DNA of 64,000 bases, from positions 19,530,001-19,594,000 of the forward strand of contig JBHGNT010000015.1 in assembly GCA_043228905.1 (NCBI GenBank). The letters are read 5' to 3'. This DNA is from Azolla caroliniana (lineage: Eukaryota; Plantae; Polypodiophyta). The notes below the pieces were generated by a model. It saw only the letters and a program-made list of their open reading frames with translations. It was not told the DNA's origin and did not search any database. Below, piece after piece: positions 13,297-26,303 of the stretch (position 1 is the stretch's first letter; every line of letters starts with the position of its first letter). A program made the translations under genes and the position numbers.

Positions 13297-13839
13297 TAAC
13301 AATCGGCAACGGTTTTGTTTGAACCGAACTGAACTGTGAAACCATGGCATAATGATTTAAACGGTTTAGTTCGGTTTCAATAGTTAGAAACCGTGGTTTA
13401 AACGGTTATTTATTTATTTTTATTAAAAATTTTAAAAAATTTTAATTTTTTAAAAATAAACGACAACGGTTCTATTTGAACAGAACCGAACGGCGAAACC
13501 GTGGCTTAACGATTTAAACACTTTAGTTCGGTTTCAACAGTTAGAAACCACGGTTTAAACGGTTATTTATTTATTTTTATTAAAAATTTTAAAAGAATTT
13601 AAATAAAAAATTTAAAAATTGTTTTTAAACAAACATTTCATTTTTAGACCTTATTCTCTCACATTCTAGGAACATCTTAAAAATTGTAAAAATTAAATTA
13701 AGTTGAAAACCGAAACCAAACCACGAAACCGCGGTTTTAACGGTTTCGTGGTTCGGTTCAGGTTTTTTTTTTAAAATTGTAAACGGTTCGGTTTTGACCC
13801 TCTCGAACCGAACCGAACCGAAACCGTTGCCGATGGTTA
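13297..13839. mobile_element. Non-autonomous hAT-like element upstream of the PPR gene
   Basis: TIRs TAACAATCGGCAACGGTTT / AAACCGTTGCCGATGGTTA; imperfect 8-bp flanks GAAATGAT / GAAAACAT; AACCG repeats; internal ~155-bp duplication. Confidence 0.8.
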
Positions 13840-14042
13840 GAAAACATGAAAAAGCCCAGGGGCATTTGTTTTGGGAATAATGGAAAACGCAGGGGCATAT
13901 ATAGGAATAATGAAAAACTCAGGGGTATGGTGTCTCATTAGTGCTCTGTTTTTAAATAGTTCTTTTCTGTTTAGCATTGCATTGTGCAGAAGAGAGGAGA
14001 GGAACAGGGGAGGCTGAAAACCATGAAGCATCACAGGGGAAG

Positions 14043-16265
14043 ATGCTCCATCAGAATGTGCTCCCTACCGGAGCTTCTTTCATCAGGTTGCTCAAGGACA
14101 TCTCTGCAAACTCTCACTTGGAAGGTGGTAAGCATGTCCATGCTTGCATTCGACATTCTCCCTTCATTCATGATGTTGCTGTTTGCTCTACTTTGGTCTC
14201 TATGTATGGCAAATGTGGTAGCTTTGATGATGCCCTTAAGTCGTTCATTGACATGCCGTCATCATCAGCATCATCACCACCACCACCACTGCAACATGTT
14301 GTCACATGGAATGCCACCACAGATGCTCCACAATCATCATCATCATCATCATCATATGATTTCATATGGAATTCCATCACACATGTTCCATCGCCATTCC
14401 CATCCCCCGTGCCATCACATGTTGTCACATGGAATGCCATCATAAGTGTATGTGGAAGCTACGAGAAAGGCTTATATGCACATCACCTCTTTGAAAAAAT
14501 GCTTTTAGAATGTGTAGTAGCTACTAATGTGACCTTCATTAGCCTTATAAAGGCATATACAAGGCAAGGTATGCTTTTAGAAGGCAAGCAACTGCATGCT
14601 CGCATATATGGTAGTAGCCTCGACGTGGATAGAATGGTGAGAAATGGTCTATCAAGCATGTATAATAAATGTGGTAGACCTGATATCGGATTGAAGCTCT
14701 TTGATAATTCTACATCAGATGTGTACTCAAACAAAGGTCTACTTGAAGAAGACAAACATATGCCTTCACACATATGTGGTAGTAGCCTCGAAGTTGATAT
14801 GATGGTAGAAAAAGGTCTCTTGGGCTTGTGTAAAAACAAACTGGGTGTTAGAGCTGAAAATGGATTGAAATTATTTGATCATGCCATGTCAGAAGATCAC
14901 AATGTAGTTTCATGGACCTCCTTAATCTCATCATGTCTTCATCAAGAACGTTTACATGAATCACTCTCCATATACAATGAAATGCAGCAGGCGGGAGTGA
15001 TTCCAAATTCTTACACTTTTTCTACCCTTCTTTCAGGGTGTAGTAACAATGCGGCTTCAGTACCTGGAAAGCTATTGCATTTCCATGCTGTTTCTTGCTA
15101 CCATAATCTAGATACTATAATAGGGAACACATTGATAAGGATGTATAGCATGTGTGGTTTCTTTGAAGATGCTTGTAAAGTGTTCGAAGATTTGAATAAC
15201 TGTGATGATGTGGTATCATGGACAAGTATCATTGCAGCCTATACACATCATAGGATTGGCCATGAAGCTATGCAAACCTTCAAGAAAATGCAAGAAAGAG
15301 GAGTATTTCCTGATAAAATCACCTTCCTCACTATCATCGATGCTGTTTCGAACCACGATGAAAGCAAAAGGATTCATATTGGCATTCTTAGCAATGGGTT
15401 TGAGCAAGATATTGCGATAGGAAGTGCCCTTGTCAGCATGTATGCAAAATGTAGCCAAGCAGAGAATGCTTGGAATGCATTTAGTAGAATTCAAGATCAT
15501 AATATGGTGACTTGGAACGTTCTTATTGCAACGTTTGCTCAAGCAAAGCAAACAAGAAAAGCATTCGCATTGTTCTACCAGATGCAACAAGAGGGTTTGG
15601 TTCCAGATAAGTCAACATATGTGGGCATCCTTGAAGCTTGTGCTAGTAAATGGATCCTTATTGAAAGCTCACATTTACATGTTCAAATAATCTCCAGTAG
15701 TCTCAGAAATGACGTCATCTTGCAAACATCTCTTATTCATATGTATGGGAAAAGTGGGAATGTGGAGAGAGCATGGTTTGTGTTCGGGTCTTCTACAATT
15801 CAAGATAGACCTACTTGGAATGCTATGATTTTAGTGTTTTCTCAGCATGGAAAAGGAACTGAAGCTATACAATTATTTGATCGAATGAACCAACAGGGAG
15901 TGGCACCAGATGAGATCACATGGATGGGCATGCTTTTGGCTTGTAGTCATTCGGGCCTTGTGGAAGAAGGTTGGACGTTCCTTTCGTTGATGATTAATAA
16001 ATATGGTATCAAGCCTGATGTAGAGCATTTCAATTGTATGGTTGATCTTCTCGGACGAGCGGGATGCTTAGATGAAGGAGAGCTGCTTATAAAAAGAATG
16101 GGATGCCAGCCAAATGTGACAACATGGACAGCTCTTCTAAGTGCTTGCAGAACGCACCAGAATTTAGACCTCGGTGATATTGCGGCAATGCATGCATACC
16201 GACTTGAACCTCGAGAATCCGGAACCTACGTTTTGTTGTCTGATATCCATGTCAAAGCAAGATAG
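14043..16265 (+). CDS. PLS-class pentatricopeptide repeat protein with (truncated) E domain, probable organellar RNA-editing factor
   Basis: Intronless ORF open from 13977, first ATG at 14043. Many P/L/S motifs (VVSWTSII, LVSMYAKC, PDKITF), terminal HFNCMVDLLGRAG, E1 motif PNVTTWTALLSACRTH and E2 start GTYVLLSDI; no DYW domain. The true start is uncertain. Confidence 0.92.
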   Translation: MLHQNVLPTGASFIRLLKDISANSHLEGGKHVHACIRHSPFIHDVAVCSTLVSMYGKCGSFDDALKSFIDMPSSSASSPPPPLQHVVTWNATTDAPQSSSSSSSYDFIWNSITHVPSPFPSPVPSHVVTWNAIISVCGSYEKGLYAHHLFEKMLLECVVATNVTFISLIKAYTRQGMLLEGKQLHARIYGSSLDVDRMVRNGLSSMYNKCGRPDIGLKLFDNSTSDVYSNKGLLEEDKHMPSHICGSSLEVDMMVEKGLLGLCKNKLGVRAENGLKLFDHAMSEDHNVVSWTSLISSCLHQERLHESLSIYNEMQQAGVIPNSYTFSTLLSGCSNNAASVPGKLLHFHAVSCYHNLDTIIGNTLIRMYSMCGFFEDACKVFEDLNNCDDVVSWTSIIAAYTHHRIGHEAMQTFKKMQERGVFPDKITFLTIIDAVSNHDESKRIHIGILSNGFEQDIAIGSALVSMYAKCSQAENAWNAFSRIQDHNMVTWNVLIATFAQAKQTRKAFALFYQMQQEGLVPDKSTYVGILEACASKWILIESSHLHVQIISSSLRNDVILQTSLIHMYGKSGNVERAWFVFGSSTIQDRPTWNAMILVFSQHGKGTEAIQLFDRMNQQGVAPDEITWMGMLLACSHSGLVEEGWTFLSLMINKYGIKPDVEHFNCMVDLLGRAGCLDEGELLIKRMGCQPNVTTWTALLSACRTHQNLDLGDIAAMHAYRLEPRESGTYVLLSDIHVKAR

Positions 16266-17249
16266 ACATCCTTTAAAGATGTTTTGTGGTAGGCAAACTT
16301 GTTTGGAACTCAGGGTTTAAGGTCTAAGACTTAGCGTTTAAGATGGGCAGTTTTAAATGGTATGTATTGATGCAGTTTGTGTTGTTTTTTGAAGAAGGTT
16401 CTTTAGTGTTTAGGATGGGAATAGTATGAATGTTTTCAGATGAGGCAAAAAATTTCAGAAATTGGTTAGGTTTAAACATGCATGTGCAAATAAATTTTGT
16501 TTTCAAATTGGTTAATGCATGCCTTTGAGCATGCATTAAGATTTACGAGGGGGAGATTAAAGGGTTTTGTAGTGAGGCAAATTTGTTTGGAAGTTGGTCA
16601 GGATTTAGAGTTGAAGATGTGCATATTAAAAGCTGTGTCATGAATAAATTTTGTTTGGGAGCTGGTTAGGTTTTGGGTTTCCTAGCAGAACAAAGACGTG
16701 TTTAGAGTTTTTACTAATGGATGAAGCAGCATGTGAGGACAAGAACCAAATGAATTGTTGAAGGAATGCGAAAGACATTTCATGTCATATGCCAACAATC
16801 ATTCAAACCAGAAAAAGAGTTCAAAAACATTTCAACCATTACCAATGGAAACATTTCTAATAAGAACCTTCCAGGGAGGATGTTTCAAGTCTATCTTGAC
16901 AAACCAGAAAAGAATTTAAAAAATATTTCAACGAGTAAAAGAAACTTTGTGATTGAAACATTTCTCGTCAGGAACTACACTGTACACATGCTTAGTATTA
17001 TGCTTCATTTATATTGTTCTACCAGTCTGATTGAGAAACATGACCCAAAATGGAACAGGATTAGCTGCATTTAACCTTTCCGATTGGTGTGACTTGAAAA
17101 ATGACTGAGACCATTTTGGAATTGCTGTTTTTAACATTGAAAAATGACTTGGTCTAGATATTGTATGTGACATCAAAATGACAATTTTATTCGGATTTGT
17201 GTTGCTTTATTAGTTGATATCATCGTTGTATATTTGCCAGGTGTGATAG

Positions 17250-17850
17250 ACTATCATTCTCATGTTCCATGCGCTGTCTACCTTAGCTCTTTGTTCCATG
17301 TTGAGAAATTCAAGAACCACAACATTTAAAACCAAATGGTGTGTTGGTGCTTTGCAACATCGATAAAAGGTTATGGGTTCAAGTCTTGACCATCTATTAT
17401 TACAATAACAACTCCTCATAAATTTATTTTGTGACAATTCACACATAAAACTAAGGGTTCTATTGCAATGGCATTGCCATTTTTTATCCCAATGTAATGG
17501 TGTGGAAATGATAGTGTTGCCCTTGACAAGGCTATGACGTACAATATACCCACGTTATTTATGTGCCTCTTTATGTGAAGAAAGAGAGACTTCACCAAAA
17601 GTAGACATGATTGGAGATTTGCAATGTGCAGGAGACATTTGTCATACATCAATGTCATCATATACATCCACATTCTTTGTACATACACATGTCATGTGTT
17701 TGATCTTTAATGTAGGATGTTCTAAAGTTTTTTCTTTTTCTATGAAGTGAAAACTTGGCAAATCTGACACATGAAAATGGATATTTTGTGGTAAAAAAAA
17801 GTACAATGACTTTTGTGAGGCATCCAAAATAAAGCTCATAGATACGAAGG
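17250..17850 (+). mobile_element. Degenerate hAT transposase (DUF659-like) relic
   Basis: Frameshifted fragments such as PHILCT..CHVFDL.M.DVLK resemble the hAT PCAAHCLDLMLEDI motif; many stops. Confidence 0.35.
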
Positions 17851-18843
17851 AATAATGCCGTGGACATTATCATCAATGGAATGATGCTATTGACAATACC
17901 AATCGAAGGAATAATGTGAAGGTGTAACGATTAGCAACTCAAGAATACCCTCTTCATTAACACTAATCAGAAATCATGAATCATTTTGTCACAAGTCGTG
18001 ATATGATTGCTTAGACAAGACAATACATGCAAAGCAAAGAATGTGACACTTTGTTGTTATTTTTGTGCAAACAATTAGTGGTAAAATCAACCAAATGATG
18101 CAGGGGCACTAAAACACAAGAATAACGAACATAATCCATATATGTATGTGGATAAGGGGTGTGTACACATAGTTTTTTTTATTTTAGGAAAATAGAAACA
18201 GAAATGATGGATAAATGGATAGAAAAGAAGAAGATAATAATTAAATAAAAGTAGATAAATAAGTAAATACAAATAAATAAATAGCTCTATGGTATCAAAC
18301 ATGTGATTTAATAGAGAAATAGAAAATAGCTTTAAAATGTGGAATTCGATAAACAAATAAAAAAGATTAGCAAAAACAATGAATATATGTAATTTAATGA
18401 TGCATAAGGAGACAGGTAATAAAAAAGAGAGGCAAAATGCAGACTTGTTAAAATAGTTTAATACAGATGTAGAAATAAAGTTTAAACCATTGGTGAATAT
18501 ATATATATATATATAATATATATATATAATATATATGTATGTATGGAATCTGATTAGCCTTATAAAAAGCTAATTAATAATTCAAGGAGTGGCAATTAAG
18601 AGATAAGTGGAAGGTCATGGGTTCAAATGCAGACAAAACAGCCCAATAATTAACCATCAATATTAATTATAGCCAAATAAAGGCTGTAAAGGCTTTGCTC
18701 CTCTGTCCCCTGTCTCTGTGTCTGTCCTCCTTCCCTTCCATCTCTCTCTCTCTCTCTCTATGGGTGTTTAAAGAGATCACAGTGACCACACACACACATA
18801 CACACACACTCAAAGAAACTACAGAAGACAAAAAAAACCCAAG

Positions 18844-21800
18844 ATGCAGAGTGATGTTGTCTTAGCTTGGTAACCATCTCTGTTTATCTCTTTCAGTTAA
18901 ATCCGTGTTTATGTGTTTATATGAACAGAGTCTTCATTCATTATCTTTATACTGAGCTTCTTAAGTCTTGTTTTTTATTCAGAGCTTCTTAATTCATGCT
19001 TGAACAGAGTTTTTTGGTTCACATTTAAATAGAGCTAAAATTTCATTATTTTAACTGAGTACGCAAAAGGAAAAAACAAAACGTCCTGCTAGCTTTTATA
19101 GGGTTGTGATAAAAATTCTCTGTTTTCCCTTGATACCAATTTACGGTTTTTTAATTCGATTAAATGCATTTAATATTGTGATTCTATGTATATGTATGCG
19201 TGGTTTTTTCTTGTTTTGGATTGTTTCGTGCAAGGTTAGAGGTGTTTTTTCTTTTAATTCTTTTCCAGAGTTTTAAACTGTAAATATAGTATGCCATTGG
19301 GTATTGGATTGTTTCGTGCAAGCGTAGAGGTGTTTTCTCTTTTAAATCTTTTCGAGAATTTTAAACTGTAAATATAGTATGCCCTTGAGTATAAGCTTTC
19401 TTTGGGCAAAACTCTCTCTCTCTCTCTCTCTCTCGCTATGTATGTATATATATATATATATATATATATTTGTGATTCTGCAGGGCTCTTTGGAACTGTG
19501 AAGTGGGTATATGTTTTCCTTTTAATGTTTTGTTGAATGCTAAACTGTGAGACTGTATTTCATTCGGCAGAGGTTTTCTTGGGTAATGAATCGATAATTT
19601 GATTTGTAATTTCACTTAGGGGAGCTGGAGAGGATGGTCAGCTGGGTCTTGGAGATCTCAAAGATCAGGCTGAGGTCTGTGAAGTTAAAGCATTGGAAAC
19701 TGAGAATGTGACAAGTGTGTTCTCAGGCAGTCGGAATTCGTTAGCTATTTGCAAAGATGGGCGGGTTAGTTTTTCTTCTTCTTTTGCTTATGTCTTTGTT
19801 TTCATGAGTTGATGAATCATATGTTTGGAGGTGTATTTAATGAGTCATATAGAGGTCCAAGATAACAAACCATATTCTTAGAGGTGGTATTGTAATGAAG
19901 CACATGCTTAAATTTGCAATTTAATAAGTCATAGGCTTAGGTGTGTCACTTTGATGAATCATATGCTTAAATGTGTCAGTTCCTTAGAGGTGTCACTTTA
20001 ATGAATTGTATGCTTAGCAGATGTCAGGCACTTAATGAATTGTATGCACGGAATCCTCACGTCTTTTGTCATTTTCTATAGCTATTTACTTGGGGCTGGA
20101 ATCAAAGAGGGACTCTTGGTCACCCCCAAGAAAGCAAGATTGAATGCCTACCTAGTCAGGTTGAAGCCTTGTCACGTGTGAAAATTGTTCAGGTAAGTGA
20201 GCTTATCCTTGCTCAACACATTAGCTTTCCTTTCAGGTGAATGATGAATGTGTTTTGTTTGTTTATGGTCTGCTAGGCAGCTATTGGGGGCTGGCATTGT
20301 CTTGCTGTTGATACAGAAGGACGAACTTATGCTTGGGGTGTGTCCATTCTTGGTCCTTACAATTATCTTCTTATTCACATGTGCATCACAATCTTGTTTT
20401 TTACTTGTCCTCTCAATTCCTTCCTTGTTCATATGTGCATCATGATCTTCTTCTGTTTTAAGACTCTTTTTAATTCAGTATGCATACAATGCTATAAAGA
20501 CAAAACTTTATGATATGAAGCATATTCTGATGCATTTGACAGAGGTTAATGTTCAGATGTAGGTATTATATGTCTCTCCAATTCCTTCTACTTTTGAATG
20601 TTCATTGAAATCTTTTGTTAAAACTCTTTTTCACCCAAGAATTCAGTAATGCATATACTGGATTATATAAAATCATATTTGGAAGATGTAAGAAGAGTGT
20701 TTAATGTATTCAAGGTTTGCACTATGTGCCTTATTTGACCTGGCAATGCCTGTCTTACTCATATGTGCATCACAATTTTTTTTCTTTCTCTTTTTCTTTT
20801 TCCAACAATGGTTTATATTATGTTTAAAACGATTTACATGAAATTTCAGCATAGATTTTTATCCTCTCAACTGCTCTTGGACTGCTATAGACATATGTAT
20901 GTCCTAAAGCATTAGTAACAACAGTTATACATGGCCACATGCCTCATGTCGGTGGAGGAAATACCCAGAGTGGTGGCTGATACCTCCAACATATATCACC
21001 ATTAACCATGCAGAATACCTTCATCCTTTCCCATCTCTTCTTAAAAACCTCTTGTTCTTTTTCTTTAACACTTTCTGGCTTATTCATGCATAAATTGTAC
21101 CAACATATACCTATATGGTTTGAACTTTGAAAGTATGTTATGATGCATATAACGAGCATATGTGCTTTCTTTTCCATGTCACTTCATTCTGTATTCATCT
21201 GTGGATTGCAATCTTTTTATATCCTTTTTACCCATGCATTCATATCAGGACATATAAGCCTCTTCTGATGCATTTACAATACCATGCAACTGAGTTTAAG
21301 GGCGATGTTTGGTTTCATAGGTGGAAATGAATATGGCCAGTGTGCTGAAGAGCCAGAACAGAAGGGTGAAACCAAAGTTCTACGGCGAGATATAGTCATC
21401 CCACAACGTTGTGCACCTCATTTACGTGTTCGTCAGGTAAATACTATTAAGGTGGTCGCCATCCGTATAAGCCCTGCTTTCTTTCAAAAAAAGGAAGTAA
21501 ACAAAAGAACACAAAGATCATTGACAGATGAGTTTCTAAAGATAAATTTGTATGCTTAACCAGGTTGCAGCTGGTGGCACTCATTCTGTAGTACTTACAC
21601 ATGATGGGAATGTGTGGACTTGGGGACAGCCCTGGCCCCCTGGTGATATGTGAGTATTGAAAATGATCAAATATATATTAAGTCTTTACATCAATGGGCA
21701 ACACACCAAAATACCCCAGTAAGTTTTCAAACATTTACCGAATAGCCATACATGGTGGTAATTTGTGTAGTACAGAAGGGTATTCTGGTCATTTGGAAAC

Positions 21801-24304
21801 TTATGGATGTTTCCAGGTGATCTTTCCCCTTTGAAAATTGCATATTAATGAGGCAAATAGAGAGGCTTAAAATTGTTATTTCAAAGATTGGCTTTTTTTC
21901 ACTCAGTTATTATTATTGGCAGTAGAGAAGCAGAAATTTTGAATTAAAAGATCTAACAACTGCATTTCTTCTTTTAATGTTTTGTTTTTTATTGATCCGA
22001 ACATGCAGTAAGCAGATATCTACTCCGGTGCGAGTGCAAGGGATTGAAAATGTGAAGCTTATTGCTGTAGGTGCTTTCCACAACTTAGCTCTCTCAGAGC
22101 ATGGTGAGGTTTGGGCATGGGGGAACAATGAATATGGTCAGCTAGGAACAGGGGACACACAACCCCATGCTCTTCCTGTTCCCGTAAAGGGCTTAGATGA
22201 CCTTATCATGGTATGCACTATTGCTTTTCTGAAACTGCTCAAGGAGTTTTGTTGATTGCAACCTCTTATGTAGTATTATTTGCTTTTAAGTTCCTTTGTA
22301 TAGTATTATTACTATTTAAGCTGGTTTTGTGGCCCTATTTCTTTTTAAGTTGCTTATTTAATATGAGAGTATCTCATTTGCTAAATATAAATGCTCTGTA
22401 TGTCATCGTCAGGTTGATATAGCAGCTGGTGGATGGCATTCCATGGCTTTGACTCCTGATGGTGAGGTGAGAAGGTTTTATTTTATTTTATTTTATTTTG
22501 ATGTCCCCTCTTTCTTTGTTAACAGTTTATGTGAAATTAGAAAAGCAATTTGAAACAATTACGTTTTCTTATGTTCCACACTAACCAAAGAAAGTGACAT
22601 TAACGTAATTTAGAAACGAGAATTTCAACTAAAAGATGATTCACTATATTCTTGTGAGAAATGAATGCATGGTTTTATGGGATGCCTTAAATGTTAAGAC
22701 CATTTTTGCGATGTAATTATTTCAAAGATTTTCTGTGACTTGGTTTTGTTGTTTATTATTGCATGACATATGGTAAAAATTTATTCCTTCCTAATAAAGA
22801 AGAGAAAGACCATATAACTTGCTAATGAAAGATAGATGATTCAAAATACAAACCTGGCAATGTATATTTGTGAACATTGCTTTTTTTCATAGTTATTAAA
22901 AAATGCATATTTTGTGTTTAGACATTTTGAATACTTTGAAGTATTCTACACGTATCCTACATTTTAGAACTGACATTTTGAAATGTTTCACGTATTCCAT
23001 CTATTCTATGTATTCAACAAGTATTTAGTGTTTCCAAAAGAAATTAAAATTTAAAAAGCTCAAAAATAAATTTAAGAGAAAAACTTTAAAATGGAAGAAG
23101 TATTTGACATATTCTACATATTTAACGTATTTTTTCTATAGAAAATGTATTCTGAGCATTAAAAAATTTAAAATTTAAAAAGCTCAAAAATAAATTTAAG
23201 AGAAAAACTTTAAAATGGAAGAAGTATTTGATATATTCTACATATTTTACGTATTTTATATGTAGAAAATGTATTCTGAGCATTAAATAATTCTTCCACT
23301 ACAGGTCTATGCATGGGGTAGGGGTGAACATGGTAGGTTGGGTTTTGGTGATGACAAGAGCAGTAAAATGGTTCCTCAGAAAGTGCAGTTGCTTGCTGAC
23401 GAAATTATTGTACAGGTTTGTATGTTTTGATTAAAAAGTATGAATAAAATAAAATAAAAAATTGACATCATATGTTTTGGTCTTTCTTGTGCTCATGCAA
23501 AGAAAAAGAAATTTGTATTTGTATTTTTGATCCGTTTGAAGTGTGATTTCTGAAAGGTTTCTTGTGGTGGTACTCACTCGGTGGCGTTATCCAAAGAAGG
23601 TCGAATGTTCTCGGTATGAGAGAATTATTAATTTTAAGCAGATAGTTTCCTTCATTCATATTAATTATCAAAAAATCAAATAGAATTTTCATTTTTTTGA
23701 GCTGGTAAAAAGATAGAAATCGATAAAAACTCGATAAACATATGAAGTTTTTATTATGATAATTTCCTTTTTCTATCAATGAAAACAAAACCCTATAAAA
23801 TAGCTAGTTTTTGAGCTGATAAACTACTTTTATTCCCCGGTAAAATCAAAACAATGAAACGGAAGTTATTGAGCTGCGCAAAAACCGTTTTTATCCTGGA
23901 TAAAGGAAAATCCATTCCAAGTTTTAAAGGTTTAAAAACCTGACATAGAGCTGATAATTGCTTGTTTTATCCTTAACAGCAAACTTTTTGAGCTAGTTCT
24001 CTAGGTTTTTAAAATATGGTTGAGCTGATAAATTTCTTTCTTTCTTTATTTAATGATTCTTCATTTATAGTTTGGTCGAGCGGATCATGGCCGGTTGGGG
24101 TATGAGGGAGCAGTTACAACTGGGCAGCCAATAGAGGTGCCTGTACGGTCTGGTGAACCAACGATGAAGCCCAGTTTGGTCAACGGAGACGACATTGATG
24201 GAGATTCATACTCTGGGATGTGGTCAGTTAAATACATTGCATGTGGTGGAAGACACACTTTAGCTCTGGCATCATTGGTGTCTGACGACCAACACGCCCC
24301 ATGA
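18844..24304 (+). CDS. RCC1-repeat (beta-propeller) family protein, At5g16040/At3g02510-like, about 11 exons
   Basis: GT-AG exons give MQSDVVLAW-GAGEDGQLG...GSRNSLAIC...FTWGWNQRGTLGHP...AAIGGWHCLAV...GGNEYGQC...AAGGTHSVV...WTWGQPWPPGD...AVGAFHNLAL...WGNNEYGQLG...WGRGEHGRLGFG...ACGGRHTLA; TGA stop at about 24304. Confidence 0.92.
23041..23287. repeat. Near-perfect tandem duplication, about 122 bp x2, in an RCC1 intron
   Basis: AAAATTTAAAAAGCTCAAAAATAAATTTAAGAGAAAAACTTTAAAATGGAAGAAGTATTTG...GAAAATGTATTCTGAGCATTAAA repeated directly. Confidence 0.9.
23640..24030. mobile_element. Probable degenerate MITE in the last RCC1 intron
   Basis: Recurrent GAGCTG(A/G)TAA and CGATAAA motifs and a GGTTTTTAAAATATGG terminus-like sequence; no matching second terminus found. 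Confidence 0.35.
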
Positions 24305-26303
24305 AAAACTTGTATTGTTTCTTCAAAATAGCAAGTAAAGAGGGCTCTCTTTTGATGATGGGTAAAGAAATTAAGCATTTCTTGATTCGTAAAATACAAT
24401 CTCCATGACCTCTTATATGGTTGATGTCTCTAGTAGCTTCCTTGTTCTTCCCATCATGACAAATACACAAACTAGAAGCAATATGTTTCTGATCGTTCTG
24501 AAGGATATACAAGCCTAGCATAGGAAAATGGCTGATTATTATTATTATTATTATCATTGTATGAGCCCTCCTAAGCAAAAAACTTGTTAAATAATAATAC
24601 CCCACCATGGCCTTGAAGTTGTTCAGGTTTTGTTTTTGGTTTTCTACAGAACGCATGTCAGCTTGACATTAAAAGGAAGCACAATGTAAGCTAATGATTT
24701 GTGTTTTGCGTGCGAGTTTTATTTTTCTTCCTAACCATCTTGAGTGAGGATTAGCCGGTGAGAACTATGTGCTGAGGAGGTTTGCATGCTCTTATGAATC
24801 TTTGAATGGCAGAAGATGCCATAACTCTGCACATGTACTGAATTCACATCATCGTAATGCTCAATCATGACTTGATCGGTGTGGATGAAGAAGATGATGG
24901 TGAGAGCAAGGACTCATATTATTTTAAGGTGATCATGATTTGTTAGATGGACAACATATATATACATTCATGCACAGCCATGAAGAATTTTGCTTGAAAT
25001 GGTTATAGCTTGTAATTAGTTCTTGTGGTAATAATGATGGAACCCAATTTTAAAAAAATGTTGATTTGGTAATATAATGATAACGTTGATAGCCATGATG
25101 ATGGTTATATGGTGGAATGGTACTTAGGTGTTTACTGAATCAATTTATCCATATCAGTTACTTGGTGACATGTTTCTCGCAATCTGAAATTTAGTTTCAC
25201 TTGGTGGCTGGGATGACTCCACAGAAGAAAACACCCTTTCTATACCCATGAATGTGGTGGACATGGAAAATTAGTGACCATGAAAGATATAACTGTAACA
25301 ATGTTTACCTAATATGATAAGATCTATAGTAGCATGTTTAAGGAATGCGTGCCCGTGGTGTGCCACTTTATATAAATGTGTATATATAAAATATGTTGTG
25401 TTATGAAGTTATGTCGGAACATCAATTTTGGATTCTAGAGAACCTTCCATTGTGACTAATCCCATGGTTCACTTCTATAGTTAGTCATTTCAATGACTAA
25501 TTTGTCGAAATCAACCTTGTCAATTTTTCCTTAGAAACAAAGAGTTATGTTTGCATTTCTGCACCCCTCACCCCTATCATGTGCTATGTTAATGTCCCAA
25601 TTATGTCTCCCATGAAATAATGTAACATAGACATGCTAAGAACCTCATTCACTTTGCATAGTTCAAAATCATGCATATACACACATGCACATGAGCTTGT
25701 GTATTCTCTTAAGGTAGTGAATCCATGGACCTATTTCCTTGAAAAAAAAAGTGTCCCCAAGGTTTACTTGATTTCTCTAGTTTGCCATTAAGTTTTCATT
25801 ATTTCCCAAAAACCCACTTGCCCAATTACCAAAAGAGTTGCTAATTGTCTCTATGATAATCTCCATAACCACATTTGACAACAAAGTATCGATCCCTCCA
25901 CCCGACACTATGTATACATGGCTCCAAGTTGTAAGGAATATAAGTATTTTATCTGGTAGATTTGTTCAAGCTCATCATGTCAAATAGCTTCGTCACAATC
26001 CACACTGGCAATGCTAGTATCATGACCCAAAAGGATACGTGAGATTCTTCACCTATATCTTGAGGCAATTTGGTGCAATTTGGGAGGATTGGTGCGCTCA
26101 ACCCCAGCTTAATACAAATTCATGCGTTTTCTTGGAGGGATCACGGGAATGTTTTTCCTCTGTGTGCCAATTAGTTTTTTCGGTTCTTTATGAAATCGAG
26201 GTATGCCAATGCAAGCTAGCAAAAGCGCTTTCATAGGGAAATATCAAGAAGTGAGCCATTTTTATTGCCAAAAATAGAAGGCCGGAAATACTCTAAAGTC
26301 AAC

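Noticed and set aside
13984-14445. 153-aa poly-His ORF overlapping the PPR gene
   Set aside because: It is an alternative-frame reading of the (TCA)n/(CCA)n microsatellites within the PPR CDS.
18844-24304. Calling the RCC1-repeat gene UVR8
   Set aside because: It lacks the repeated GWRHT motifs and the C-terminal VP motif of UVR8; its sequence fits a different RCC1 subfamily.
24700-24930. Exon-like segment after the RCC1 gene
   Set aside because: Only a short acidic stretch and a possible donor; no start, partner exons or recognisable homology.
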